Shown here: in pieces, positions 40,549 through 55,221 of the stretch
Layout of the letters: the number at the start of each line of letters is the position of its first letter
How positions within the stretch are numbered: the first letter of the stretch is position 1
Source: Paraspadella gotoi
Lineage: Eukaryota; Animalia; Chaetognatha
DNA: 64,000 bases
Reading direction: 5' to 3'
Assembly: GCA_051294375.1 (NCBI GenBank)
Contig: CM119263.1
Span: 21,622,494-21,686,493, forward strand
Notes under the pieces: generated by a model
Told to the model about the DNA's origin: nothing
The model's input: only the letters and a program-made list of their open reading frames with translations
Databases searched by the model: none
Position numbers and translations under genes: made by a program

Positions 40549-42103
40549 TAGAACAAAGCATTCAAGAACAAAAGATTTATTTGAATGATCAAACAGGGAT
40601 ATTAAGATGTGAGATAGTATGATTAACTAGTAAAAAAATATTTTGTTCATATTGTCTCGGGAACAGAATAGTAAAATATGATATATTTGTAGTAATATTC
40701 TTATAAAATAGTAAATTTTAATTTTTTTAAAAAACTTTTAATAAAGGTTCAGATTCTTCATAAAAAGTTGAATCAAAAATATAAAACATGTTATCAAAAA
40801 TTATGTCATTTTCAGCCATTTAAAATGGGGAAAAATGTGAAAATTCATGACTTTTTTATCCTCTGTAGTAGAAACTTTTATATGTAAAAATGTTTTAGTC
40901 ATTTTTTGCGGTCTAAATATTAAAATATCATATACCCCGTGAGCCAAATCCGATGATACAAAAAAATTAATTATATGTAAACTATACGCCAATAATAAAA
41001 ATTTATAACACCAATTTAAAGAAAGATCATTGACGTTTTTAAAAAGTTCAAAACATTGCTTAAAAACGCTTTAAAACATTCTCAAAATGCTATCAAAGCC
41101 AGTACAAATAACTCGGCATCGCTACAAAAATTATTCTTCATGAAGCAAAAAACCTTGTCCAAAAGCAGCTCTAATTTTTTACCATTACAAAAGTTGAATG
41201 CTTATAATAACTTTGGTTTCTGCATACAAACCTTTCTAGTTCTAAATCACCTAAAGAAAAAAATAAGATTTTACAGGTTGGAACCTCAGGATAGCTAAGG
41301 AATATCCCCTCTTCTCGAACTGATTTTTTTTGAAAAATTAACTTTTATGCAGCGGATGCTGTGATTTACTGGTCACTCTATCGAGCTTAAACTATCAATT
41401 TTTTAAATTGTCTTGCCATAAAAACTCCTCTTTCTTTAATTTTTAAATATAGGACAAGCTAATTATAAGCAGTGAATAGACATCTTTATCTTGCCAATAA
41501 TCTTTTGGCACTAAAAGTAAAAAGCAGTCTTGGAAATTGCTTAGTCAGCCAGCTAGAATTATTTGAATAAAGGCTGGAGCTTCATTCTCTCAAGAAGCAA
41601 AAGGTTTATGGACTTAACAGTGGGCAAAAAACACCAATATATCTGTAACACTGCCTTAAAAACCTAATGCAATTTGGCGATTTAACATCTTTGTGAGAAA
41701 ATAGATTTGAAGTTGTTAATGATAATTGATTAAAATAAAATTTATACACTAAAAATGTCAAGGAGTTATTTATCACTTTAAAAAATCTGAGTAATTTTAT
41801 ATGAACTCAGTAAAGTACGGCAGTGGTTTCTTTCGTATCATCGGATGTGGCTCACGGGGTAACATATTTTATAAAAGTTTCTTAGATTTTTAGAGCGCAT
41901 CCAAATTTGTTCTTAAAAATTAAAAACAATTATTTTGAAATTAATAATTGTATATATTTTATTTTATAATTTTATAAATCATTCAATTTACTATACTGTT
42001 ATGCTAAACAAATTTTTAAATAATTTAAAATTCGTTAATTACATGTCCATAGGCAGCAAAAAAATAATGTTCAATCGCTCAATCTTTTCATCACTCCATC
42101 CTA
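40549..42103. mobile_element. hAT-type MITE (family B) interrupted by a nested element
   Basis: 8-bp TSD ctgaccaa (40541-40548, 42104-42111), TAG...CTA termini, collinear inverted homology to 54097-54722. Confidence 0.85.
40935..41859. mobile_element. 925-bp TA-duplicating TIR element (Tc1/mariner/pogo-type, non-autonomous) nested in the hAT MITE
   Basis: TIR ccccgtgagcca-atccgatgatac at both ends, TA on each side, empty site visible at ~54325-54345. Confidence 0.85.
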
Positions 42104-42391
42104 CTGACCAACGACTAACTGGCGACAACGCAGCGGGCCGAGAGTAAAATCGTTATTGCTGCGGCATGGTTCTGAGTTATGGGGTGGAGACGGAATATAA
42201 TGGGAATTGAATGACCGACCGCATTGACCAGGAAGGATGTAGACTCGCAGCGTGTGACCGAGTGAGTCTGATTTAGTCGTTCGTACTTAATTCGATATTC
42301 ATGTCTTTTTGATGAGTCACTGGTAAGATCATTTGATAGGATGAGTTACTATTTGAAATTAAATGATTTTCGAGGAAAACCTCGTCGCCAT

Positions 42392-42481
<90 letters not shown>

Positions 42482-43713
42482 CCTCTGTTTTTCATAAATA
42501 CATAGGAGCTGCAACGGTGATTCCTACTTCCTAGTAAACAATAAACTGAATGCGTCCAAAATGGAAATTAATGGAATGGAAGAGGGAAAAAACAAAAAAA
42601 GAAAAACAAATAAAGCTGAAAACAAAAAAACAAAAGGGAAGACAAAAATAAAGGACAAGAAAGAATAGAAAGGAAAAAAAGATGGCGGGAATGATGAATC
42701 TGAAATCGGCGAAAGGTGGTCGAACAAAGGGACGGAGAAAGAAAACCACCCACGACTCTGAAGGTGGATGAAGGGGGTGGAGAAGGGGGAGGGAGGCTGG
42801 AAGGAGGAAGAGGGGTGTAGAAGGAGTTGTGAAGGTGCATCTCCCTTTCTTTTTCTTTGGCGAGACCCCGGAGTCACGAAGATGAAGACCCGAGAGACGA
42901 AGCGAAGAAAAGAAGGAAAAAATGGGAGACGAAAATCGCTTCTTCTTTTTTTTTAGGCTGCGATGCGGATGAGATTGGATGAGACATAATTTTTGGTCGG
43001 TCAGTCATTGTGTTTAATTAACGCTATTATGTATTTTATACGTTCTAAATACTTTTATGTATGGATCATGTTTTTATAAATCGGGTACAGTAGCATTTTT
43101 TATCAAAATGAATCATGATATAAATATATATATTAAACGTTTTCACCAAGTTTTGATCGTGTTTTTAATCGTAGTTTAAACTTTTTTACAATTTAAACTT
43201 TAATTGTCTAACGTATTTTCCCTTTTCTATTTGCACCTTTTGTGTTTTATTCTATTATCGGTGTCATTTTTTGTCTGTTTAATATTTTTAAGTTTTTTCC
43301 TCCTTCTGCTTCATTTATTTCTTTTCTTTCAATGACTTTTGCATAAATTGTTTCTCCTTAGAAATTTAAATTGTCTTTCGCATCTGATCCCACTTCCCCA
43401 GGCAACGATCTGCAACAACAACGACAATTAAGACTGGGACCACCACCACCACCACCGCCTCAGTTTACGCTTCCACGAAAGAACCTCCTTTTTAACGTTA
43501 AAACAGTCTAGCTACCATCACTCGACTATTAATTAGTTAATGTTATTCATCATTCTAAGCTTACCCTATCCAATTCCAGCCCGGGCTATTGTTTCCTACC
43601 AGCCGCAGTCATCAGCCCCCGGCCTCCCTCACCCAAGCTTTTTCGCATATTTCATCAGTCAATCGGTCTCTCACTCTCTCGATACTGTTCCATGCGTCTT
43701 CTCTGCTCTCTCT

Positions 43714-43777
<64 letters not shown>

Positions 43778-43866
43778 TTCTATGCAGGTGGTGATTAAAT
43801 TGCTTGGTGAGTGATCGAGTGAGTGATTAAACGTTTTTCTTTCTAACATCTTTTACTAGAAAATAG

Positions 43867-43938
<72 letters not shown>

Positions 43939-45852
43939 TTAATTCAGTCGGAACTCGTTTAAGACTCAGGCGATTAGTCTCCGACTCATTTTCGATCTGT
44001 TCATTTTCGTCCAACTAATTTTTCACTCGACCGAATCGCTTCACCAAATTGACGACGACTAAATCCAACAATTTTTCCCCTTTGAAACTCATCTTCTCGT
44101 TTTGAAATACGTATTGATTAATACGCGCGAATGAATCCAAAGAACAACTCAATCAAGCTTTAATTGAGTCAAATCTTTTGAGACTCCCCAGGTTTTTGTT
44201 TCTTAGCTTTATCACTGCTTGACTGTCACCATATTTAAGGACGTTAATCATAGATAATTAACCGAAACATTCACCGCTATAGAAGACTCATTTTTAAAAA
44301 TGAATATTTTTGAATATTAAATTTAATAATTAGTTTATTTAATACATTTGTAACATTTTGAGTCTTTGTCCGTGACGACTCCTCGTTCGTCATCGATTAT
44401 CTCTCGTCCTTTTCCTCTCGTAAGGAAGGACGCGGCTCATGAACCGCGGTTATATGTTCCTATCATTTTTTTCCTCCTCTGTTGACGCGTTGCCATGGCG
44501 ACTTCCTTGGCAAGATCGTTCCCGTGTTTTCTCGACGTCGTCGTCTCTTTTCTCTCCCCATTATTTCCTCGTTCGTTATCGTCTTCCCTTCGATTTAAGT
44601 TATTAGTTTTAAGTTATAATTTTGCGTCTCTTGTTTTTCTTCTTTAGTATCATTTAAAATTTATAAGTCTACCAGTTGACAATAAAAAAACATTAATACG
44701 AATTCCTCGAACTGAGAAGCTTGAATAAAAAAAAAGTATTATTTAAAATGATAATTATCAAAAATTAATTATTATTTTTAAACAAAACTATTGTTATTAA
44801 GGAGGATTAAAATTAATCAACGGTTTAAAGCTGTCATTTTATCCAAAAATAAATAATTTGTCTCTTAAGTTAGGGATTTCTTACCCGTGGTGTCATGGAG
44901 TTAAGAGGAAAAAGGTGTTTAACACGCTACAGCACATCATTATTTTGTTTTTGGTTATTTTTTTTTGTAGTCCTCTAGTAATTAATTTCAATATACATAT
45001 TAAAGCCTTTTAGTTTCTGCTCACCTTACTTCAATCTCCCTTGACAATTTAACCCAACTGCTAAACCTTACGCCTTTCGCCTTTCATCTTAATTTCAGTC
45101 CTACTCTACATAGGGTTTAACTCGAGCCCCGGACCCCGACTTTGTCTGGGGTCGGAATTCCACCCACGTTCGGGATTTCAACTTCGAATGGAAAAAGAAA
45201 AATCGATTCAGCGACAAAACGAATTCCAGGTTTTTAACATGAAATGACGCGCGATGACGTGACGCTGGGGCGGGAGAGAGAGAGATTGAGAGAAAATGTG
45301 AATGAGAGAGAGAGAGAGAGAGAGAATATTCCACCATTTGGGTATTATGAAAAAAAATGTATTTATATTTTACTAATTTAAATTTTTTTTAGGGTAAAAT
45401 ATTAGGTTTTATTTTATTTTTTCACGATTTATTTATGTTTTTTGCTCATTTGGTTTTTTGAGTACTTCTCGAAGTTTTTTGTTTCCTGGTATAATTTATG
45501 GTAATGATTTCAAATATTTAAATTTTTTTCAGTTAATATTTCGTTTTTGTTTTTGGTCTCAGCAGAAACGAGTTTTTCTCTACCCACACCAGGCATCACC
45601 TTTCATTCCTAATCGTCGGTAAAAAGCGTTTTGCATTCGACAAATGGAGATAAGAGAGGGAAAAAAAGAAAGGAAAGAAAAGGAGATAGGGAGCGAGAAA
45701 AGTATAAAGTGAGGTAGGAGGGAGAGAGAGAAAAAAATCAGTGAGGGAGATATCTAGGTAAGGAGAAAGAATATTCATCTTGGGAGCAGAGTTTAACGGA
45801 GACTAACCCAGAAAAAGGATTGGAGTTATGAGAGAGAGAAAGAAATAGGGAA

Positions 45853-45909
<57 letters not shown>

Positions 45910-47076
45910 TCACATACACGTCTGATCGTGCCGCATTCTTGAATTATTTTGCTTCCCAGTATCGTTTTTCAAAAGCATCACGAATCACTATATCTACGTA
46001 ATAAATCATTTGCGTCCTCTGATTCGGGCTTTGGAAAAGGGAATCCTTATCGTATAGTTGAGCTGGCGGAAAGGCCCTTTTGCAGGGGCATCTCGCTAAA
46101 GCTCAAAAGAATGAAAGATAAGACTCCCGTGGTTGACCTTCATCTTAACCTTGTCACCTTTTGATGCTTTGCTGAAGGTTGGACAAGAGCGAATCAGAGA
46201 TCTCAAAAATGAAAGAAAAAAGTTTATTTGGTCTATTAATGTTTTACCAAACAACATATTGATCTATAATTATCTATTTTTGTTTTGACTCGAATAAGAT
46301 AAAGTAAAATAAAGTATCGTAATAACCTGTCTCAATTTTCCATTTCCACAAGATTGCAAGGACATTATTTGAATCAAAAGATTTAGAAGATTCGACGCTA
46401 AAGATTTAGTTTTAATTCCGCTTTAAAAACACGATGAGATCATAAATCCGATAACAGTCAATTTTTAAGAGTTTTAATGGCAAATTTTCAATCCAACTTT
46501 GAAAAAAAAATCGTTTTTCGTTTTATCATTTCGTAAACAAAAAAGAGAGCGAGGTTTTCAACGTTTTCGTCGTCGTCGTCGTCGTCGTCTTTTTTGTCGT
46601 TGTGACGTCGTTTGTTGTTCGACGTCCGTCAACGTCACACGAGTTTCAAAACAACGACTCGGGAACTTGACGTGTGACGTTTGCGTTTTAAGTAAAAAAT
46701 ACCAGTTACGAGTAGAAGATATGAATGTTTTCATTTATTTCTTTATTTCGTGCTTTAATAATAATCCTTAATAAAAAAAGAAAAAATAATCGCAATTCCT
46801 TTTTCTATCACCGAAATCGAGGCGAGGTAAACTGTCCGGTAAAGTTTCCTTCTAACGTGACTGGACGAGATGAGCGTAAATAGCGAGAGCGAGACGATTC
46901 CAGAGAAATAAAGAGGGAGAAGGGGAGGGAGAGAGAGAAATAGAGAGATAGATATATAGATAGATAGATAGATAGGTTGTACATGGACCTAGGTACCCTC
47001 TGCAAGAAGGATCTATAAGGTAACGATGGGTCCGTTCATTCAAGGAATTAAAAATTGAAGAGAGAGAGAGAGAGTA

Positions 47077-47129
<53 letters not shown>

Positions 47130-47383
47130 GATATATATAGAGAGATAGAGAGAGCGAGAGAGAGGATCGAGAGAATTCTAGATGACGTGGGCGGCGTCTG
47201 CGTGGTTGTTGACGTCGACTTGATTCTCGCGGTTCTCTCTCATTCTCTCATTCTCTCACTCTCTGTCTCTCTGTTTTTCACTTTCAGTCTCTCTCACTCT
47301 CTCTCACGCTCCCCCACGCGCTCGAAAGCCGCGTCTTCCGGTGACGCGCGCGCGACTCGCCCGGGGCGCGGGTTTCTTTAAAG

Positions 47384-47476
<93 letters not shown>

Positions 47477-47854
47477 GTCCTGTGTCTCTCAAGTCTTTTG
47501 CGCCCCGTCACTGGTCATTTATTTCGTGAAGGAGCGTCAAAACCGTTTTCCAGTTCCACGTTTCACAAAAAGATGTCGCTCTCGAGTCTTGAATATAAAT
47601 CTACTTGCGACCGTCTCTGACTGAATGCTTCTTTGCCTCCCTGCGTGCGAAAGTACGCGCACTTTTCGTGTGCCTCTCTCGTCTCTCTCTCGGGAGTGGC
47701 GTGCCTCGTTGTGTTTGCGGTCGGAAGAAGGTCGGTGTGAACTGAAGGGGGCGGGTGGGGGGGAGAGAGTGAGGTTGAGTGGTATTCCATTAAAAGAGGC
47801 TGGCGGGAAAAATGGAAAGGATGGGGGAAAATATTGAGTTAAGATATATTCTCT

Positions 47855-47934
<80 letters not shown>

Positions 47935-48988
47935 CATCATTCATTTCCCCCGATAATTCCTTCCCCTTTTTTCCTAATCTCTCCCTTTCCTTTCCATAAA
48001 ATGAGGTCAATGAGCCTCTCACCGAACTTTCTCGAATTTTTTTTTTGGATCGTCGTCGTCGTCGGCTGCGTCGGCGGCGGTAGCGAAGTAAGTAATTCTG
48101 GAGAAAAAAAACGTCGGGCTTCTTATTCATGCGCGGATATTGGCACGCAGAACGGCGCGGGGGAAGTAGTTCCAGTTTGTGCGGTAAATTTGTGTGGGGG
48201 TAAAGGTTTCCAACTTTTCGTAGAAAAAAAGGAACTCTAGTGAGAGTGAGACATTTAGAGGAGGAGAATATCTGTCGGAGTATTTAGTACGAATCCTGAG
48301 TTGGCAAAATCGGCGGTTGGGGCATCCTAGAGACAGAGCTTTACGAAATGGTCGCAGCACAATAACTATAACTATATCTGTATAACAAATAAATTTATTT
48401 TAGACGATTAGAATGATAAACAGTATCACGTTTCTTTTTCAAACTCCAAACAAACTACGTACACATTGTTTTAGTTTTAAAGAAGCGTGATACAAAAATT
48501 TTAAAATCAGAGTAAATTAGCTGTGAAAACATTAATTATATACAAAAAAATCAATGCCCTTTGACGGAAAAGTGTCAGATTCAAAACAGTTAATCACGGT
48601 TCAATTGCACGCCCCCCCCCCCACGCCACCCGTTTCGGCGTTTAAATTTCCCCCCCTCCGAGTCCTAGGGGCGAGAGGCGATTGTCAAAACGGGACTCGT
48701 CCTCCCAAATGCCGCATCGAAGCGGAAAAGAAAAAATTGTCTCCTTCGATCGTTCGATCTTGAATGAAGCAGACGACGCCTCCGATTCCATTCCTCGTCG
48801 ATCACGTGACAGAAGAGCGGAATAATTATCCCGTGGGAGGGCGTCGGGAGGGGGGGAGGTTGGGAAGGTTTAAGGGGCGGAGTGAGGACATGGACATGAG
48901 ACGTGGGTGAGGGGTCCTTGGATGGAATTGAGGAGGTCGTGGGGAAATTTTGGAGAATGTCATGCAAAGGGGTTAAACCAAGAGAAAG

Positions 48989-49264
<276 letters not shown>

Positions 49265-49659
49265 AATTATTCGTGTTTTTATAAACTTTTAAATTAAACA
49301 AAATAACATCACTCTCATTTTGAATCGAGTTAGCCCGTTTCCATTGATCGAACGGTTTAGACTCCCAACTCGAATTTCCCCCTTCCACCGATTTAACCCG
49401 AAAATCATTTTTCCATCATCTCCGTTTAACGTTTTTCCTTTTTATTTTCCCAGGATTTTTTCTCTTTCGCTTCCGGGGATTCTCTTCGGATTTATTTTTT
49501 TCTTTATATTTTTTCTTAATACTTTTTCTTTTTATATTAGTTTTCATGACGATTTTTATTACATTTTTCATTTTTATATTTCTGTTCCGTTCCTTTCTTT
49601 TTCCTTCTTTTACTATCCCTCTTTTCTGTCATTCTACGTCTTTGTTTTGCTTTCTTTGC

Positions 49660-49812
49660 TATGAAAAAGCAGTCGGGCACCAATATTTGAATTGTCCGCC
49701 TTATCATCTTCAGCTTTCACCTATTAAACGGCTATGGACCAACTTAAAAATGATAGTTTGTAGATGACAACAATAAAACTGAAAATTTGATGAAAGTCAT
49801 TACGCTAGTTAA
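49660..49812 (+). mobile_element. IS630/Tc1 DDE transposase remnant
   Basis: GHQYLNCPPYHLQLSPIKRLWTNLK resembles the GHxVLRLPPYHxxLNPIExxW motif. Confidence 0.6.
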
Positions 49813-50046
49813 AATATGTTTTTTGTTTCAATAATTCCAGTAGCAAATTTATTTTTATTTACTTTAGTTCTTCCGTTTTTTTGTTTTTTTTTGTTTTTTT
49901 TTGTTTTTTGTTTTTTTGCTTGGTCTTCTCATTCTTTTATCTCTTTATTTCTTTTCTTAATTTTTTCTCATCATCACAAAACCGTAGAGATTGGATGCTT
50001 TTGAAGGAGACTTCCCTTCAGTCGCCGGAAGGGAGTTATGAAAAAA

Positions 50047-50137
<91 letters not shown>

Positions 50138-50722
50138 GGTCATAATTCGATTTGCGTAAAGAAAAGAGAAACCTTGGACAGGGAGCGGCATTATTGAGTC
50201 CTTCCCCTCGCCAATCGTAAAGTGTTTTATTATTTCTTTGTGAGGCTTTACGACGATTTCTGAGTGGCGTTTCGTAGTTTGGGGCCGATGGGGAATATAA
50301 CGTATCATCTAGAGAGAGAGAGAGAGAGAGAGAGAGATCCAGCAATTTGCTTGTTCGTACAATATATTTAGAAAGCTTACATAACCTTGCGGATTTCTCA
50401 CTTATGTATTCAAGGTTTAATTCAAATTTTATAGAAGAAAGCAGTGCTGGCATTGAAAGAGTGTCCGAGCAGAGCGGGCAAAGGATTATCGTTCATAGGG
50501 GATGGTGATATGAATTCTCGTGAGGTGGTAAGCATACAAACGAGAACGAAACCGGAAAACTCTCTTGAGCCTTTTGGGTAAGGTCTTTTCGGGTAAGGTC
50601 GACCTTTTCGAGGGAAACTGAAAGGGAAGGTCATCCCGCGAATTTGAACCAGGATATAAAATCTTGAATTTTTTTGTATCGTTAGCGACCGACATCGTTT
50701 GAGCTTAATGACGAAAACGCAG

Positions 50723-50768
<46 letters not shown>

Positions 50769-51481
50769 TTATACTTACAACACATATGTAGCTAACCGAA
50801 GTATAGTATATTGCTTCAATGAACTCATTCGGCAACGCCAATATTTTTTTAGCGCTTTCTCGCGTATCGATTTTCTATAAAAGCTCGGATGAGCAGGGGT
50901 AAATTATTGCGACGACGACGACGACGACCACGACTACGACGACCACGACGACGACCAGTTCACGAAAATGACAATGTTGACAGACGCCAAGACAATGGAA
51001 ACGGCTTCGACGATGGTTATATGTTATTGATCATTACGACGACGACGACGGCGATGACGACGACGACCGTCAAGTTGATTAAGATAAGCTACAAACTCAA
51101 CGAAGAGGACGACAAAGACGACGACGGCCAATGAACCACTACAACAACAACAACAACGTCTACGAAGCCAAAGGCGGTGAGAAGGGAAAGAAGCCTTTTT
51201 CTTCTGCGAAACCAAGAAAGAAAAAACCCGAGATTAAAGACTACTGATGACGCCCAGAGAAAAGTATACAATAATAAAAAAAAGTATTAGTTTTAAAAAG
51301 TAAAACTATTCATGAAAAGACGAAAATCTTTTTATAAAGTTTTATAACTTTGAAACTTAAAATATTGTTTATAAAATCTGTCATTAATTAAAACACTGAC
51401 GCAAAATAAGTATCTTAAGAACTTTCTTCGGGAATCATGTTTGTGACAATAACGCTTCTTCATAGTGGGAAAGAAAAAAAA

Positions 51482-51555
<74 letters not shown>

Positions 51556-52234
51556 CGGTCATAATTTCCGACGTTTGATATTTCATTAAACATTATTTGT
51601 TTCTTGCTAAGAAAACGGCTGGGCAAAGTGTGATAAAATAAGTACATATAAACATAATTGAGGTTGTCAGGAGACGTTACTGAAGGGTGCTTATTGTTTA
51701 TCTGAAGTATAAAGCTTGTTAACAAATGCACGTAGGAGGAAGAGACTCTCAACTGAAAGTAGTGGTGCAGGATTGTTAAAAGCAAAGGATTTTTCGGCTT
51801 CACGTTAAAATTGTTAAAGTAGACGTTAGTCAACTGCGTCACTGCTGTTGTTTTCTTGCTGTTCTTAGCGTCACGTGATCGTTAAAATTCACGGAACCAG
51901 AAGCCAATAAAAAGTTCTTGTGCGGAGAGAAAATCGGACCGGGAAAGGTTGATCGAGGAGGTGGGGAAATTAATGGGAAAGGACGTAGTATTAAGGGGAG
52001 AAGAGGAGAAGTAAAATATAATGAATGGATAATTTATATATTGGTTGTACCGATTTCATAATATTACAAAGGAGAATTCGAAATGTAAATAAATAATTGA
52101 TTGGAATAAAAAAGAGAGATGGGGTTTGAGTGAAGAAGAAGATATAAAAAGTTGTGGAAAAGTTCTCCTAAAAAGAAAGGGCGGGGAAAATTAATGAAAA
52201 ATTTAAAAAAACCGAAAAAAAAGCGAGGGTGATC

Positions 52235-52329
<95 letters not shown>

Positions 52330-53568
52330 CTCCATCTCATTTTGTTTAACGAACATTTTTTTTTCAATCGAGAGCGAAAATTTTATCCTGAGAAACAAAC
52401 GAGAAGATTAGAAAATCCGCTCCTCATTTTGTTGACTCGAGCGAGAAAGAAAATGAGGAGAAAAGGGGGAAAGAGAGAGAGAGGGGAAGAGAAAATATGG
52501 CGTCGAAGAACAGATGCTGCCACCTCGTCGGCTTCGCTGGTGGGCGCGGTCGTGACTATGAAAAACAAAAGATGCTTCCGGATTCTTCTTCTGATTTTTT
52601 TTTTTGTCGCCAAGACGATAAAAATCGGAGTCGTGGAAGAAGTGGGAAGCCATGAAAAATGAGAAGGAAAGTAACGAAGGAAAAAGGTTAACTCTGTAAA
52701 GATGACCGAGTTGAAAGAAGAGATGGAGAAAATAGTTCTGGCTCGATTTAATCTTCATTCGTCCGTGACTTTTCGCTATCAATTCTCCTCGAATGAAAAA
52801 TTATATATTGAAAATTAAGAGAATTAAACCAGCTATTAATTCTCCAACGGCCTTTGATGACCAGGGCGCCAGATGTATTTCCAATTCAGGTCGCCCGGGA
52901 GCCTCAGTGGAAGCCTCCTGGTTTATCTTAAAAACGCTCCTACACCAAGGTATTGGAACCCCGAACGCCAGAAATGAACGAAATAACTTTACCAATTCGG
53001 CAATCCACAAAAACGAGGCGATGGGAATACGTGGGTGAGGCGAATTAGTGAAACCGTCACACGGGACTAATTATTGTTTTTTTCAACGCAACTTATTGTT
53101 GTTTTTTTTTCCTCAGCAATTTTCTTTCTCTGTGTCCTCTTGCATCCTAGATTCAAAATTTAACATAAAACCTTCAAGATTCCTGTCGTCCTGTCTATGT
53201 ATTCACAAATTATTAATTTTTATTTGATAAAAAAAATATCCAATTCCTATTCCGCCAAAAAAATTTAATGACAAAAAAATCGTTTGTCGAATAAAAAAAT
53301 AGTTGAAATTTTGAAAAAAAAAAAAACGACTCGACGAAAAACGAATGCCTCCATTAACTTTTTTCATGCGGACGAAATCCTATTGATTAAATTAAAAATT
53401 AAAAATTAACTACGAACCAAGAAAAAAATTATTATTATGCGTTCAAGAATCTTTGTTGCCAGTCCGTAATTTCCAACAAAAAATAACCAAGACCTAATTT
53501 GTGAGCGTAATGTCCGGAAAAGCAGAAGCCAAGTTTTCAGTCCCGGGAGCAATCAGACACCTAAGCAG

Positions 53569-54088
53569 TAGAGCGTAGTGAAAGTTAGTACGAAAATTAT
53601 AAAAGTCAATTGTAAACTACGTATCATCAGTAAACATTATTTTTTGTAAAAAACTTATTTTTTTTTTAAATTTTCGCAGTCGTCTATATTTGTATATAGT
53701 ACTATCCTTATAAAATCGAAAAAATTTCAAAATTGGATTTTCTTAATTTTTTTTTAATTTCTCGTCAAAAAAAAATATAAATCATTTTTAAAAATTATTT
53801 TATTAAATGGGTGAAAAATTTCAAAAATCTATATTTAATATATTTAAATTTTCAGCTTAAAATATAGGTTTTTCTGATATTAGATCAACTTAGTAAAAAA
53901 CATTTTAAAAAGAGTTCTTCATGAGGAATCCATGGCTTAAATTGTAAATTTTTTAAAAAATTTTACAATTTAGGAAATGGATTTTTTTAAAAAAAGTTTA
54001 TACATATATGTTCATCAGTATAAGGATGTTCGTTCCTCACTTTTAGAATTTCAATTAAATTTAAATTTAGAATTTTTATTACGCTTTA
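53569..54088. mobile_element. hAT-type MITE (family A)
   Basis: Imperfect TIR tagagcgtagtgaaa / ttttattacgcttta, flanked by ctaagcag on both sides. Confidence 0.75.
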
Positions 54089-54096
54089 CTAAGCAG

Positions 54097-54722
54097 TAGG
54101 GTGGAGTGATGAAAAGATTGAGTGATTGAACATTATTTTTTTGCTGCCTATGGACATAAAATTAATGAATTTTAAATCCTTTTAAAAATTTTTTTAGCAT
54201 AACAGTATAGCAAATTCAATTATTTATGTAGTAATATCCTTATAAAATAGTCAAATTTGAAAATAATTTTTTTTATTTTTAAGAACTGATTCGGATTCGC
54301 TGTAAAAAACTAAGAAACTTTTATAAAATATGTTATATAATATTTTAATGTTTAGATCACAAAAAATGACTAAAATGTTTTAACATATATAAGTTTCTAC
54401 TACAGAGAATTACAAAATCAAGAATTTTCACCTTTTTTCTTATTTTAAACATTGAAGATGACAGAATTTTTGATAACATGTTTTATATTTTTGATTCAAC
54501 TTTTTATGAAGAATCTGAATCTTTATTAAAAGTTTTATAAAATTATTTTTAAAATTTACTATTTTATAAGGATATTACTACAAATATATTATATTTTACT
54601 ATTCTGTTCCCGAGATAATATGAACAAAATATTTTTTGTACTAGTTAATCATACTATCTCACATCTAAATATCATTGTTCGATCATTCAAATTTTTTTTT
54701 TGTTCTTGAGTGCTCCACTCTA
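54097..54722. mobile_element. hAT-type MITE (family B), uninterrupted copy
   Basis: TIR tagggtggag / ctccactcta, 8-bp TSD ctaagcag, homologous to 40549-42103. Confidence 0.85.
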
Positions 54723-54979
54723 CTAAGCAGTGATCAGTGAACTTGCTTTTCCCTCTCCCCTAACTAGGGGTAGCCGCACTCAATGGGGTGAGTCAAAAAT
54801 TTAGAGTAAGTACATTCTCAAACGAAAATTTATACATTTTTAAGTATACTTTCAATGGAAAAAGAAATTTTTATATGGCTCTATACCCTCGTAATTAATT
54901 TTTTAATATTTATTTATTAGAGACAGTTTGAGTTCAGTTTTGACAAGGATTTTGTTTTAATGTAAAACAGACCTGATTC

Positions 54980-55043
54980 GACTGTGTTTCAAGACTTTGT
55001 TTCAAGACTTTGTTTCAAGACTTTGTTTCAAGCCTTCATCAGC
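54980..55043 (-). ncRNA. Degenerate Penelope-type hammerhead motif expanded by a 13-bp tandem repeat
   Basis: Minus strand CTGATGA-AGGCTT...AAGTCT-TGAAAC-ACA-GTC with (ttgaaacaaagtc)x3. Confidence 0.4.
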
Positions 55044-55176
55044 GTTAATGATAAACAGAGAGAGAGAGAGGGCAAAGTTTCCAACACCGAGTTTAGAAAG
55101 GACAGTGGTCAATTGGTGAGGACATGCTGAAGTTGAGAAAAGACAGAGTTAGTTGTGAAAAGAAGGAAAATGGTGA

Positions 55177-55221
<45 letters not shown>

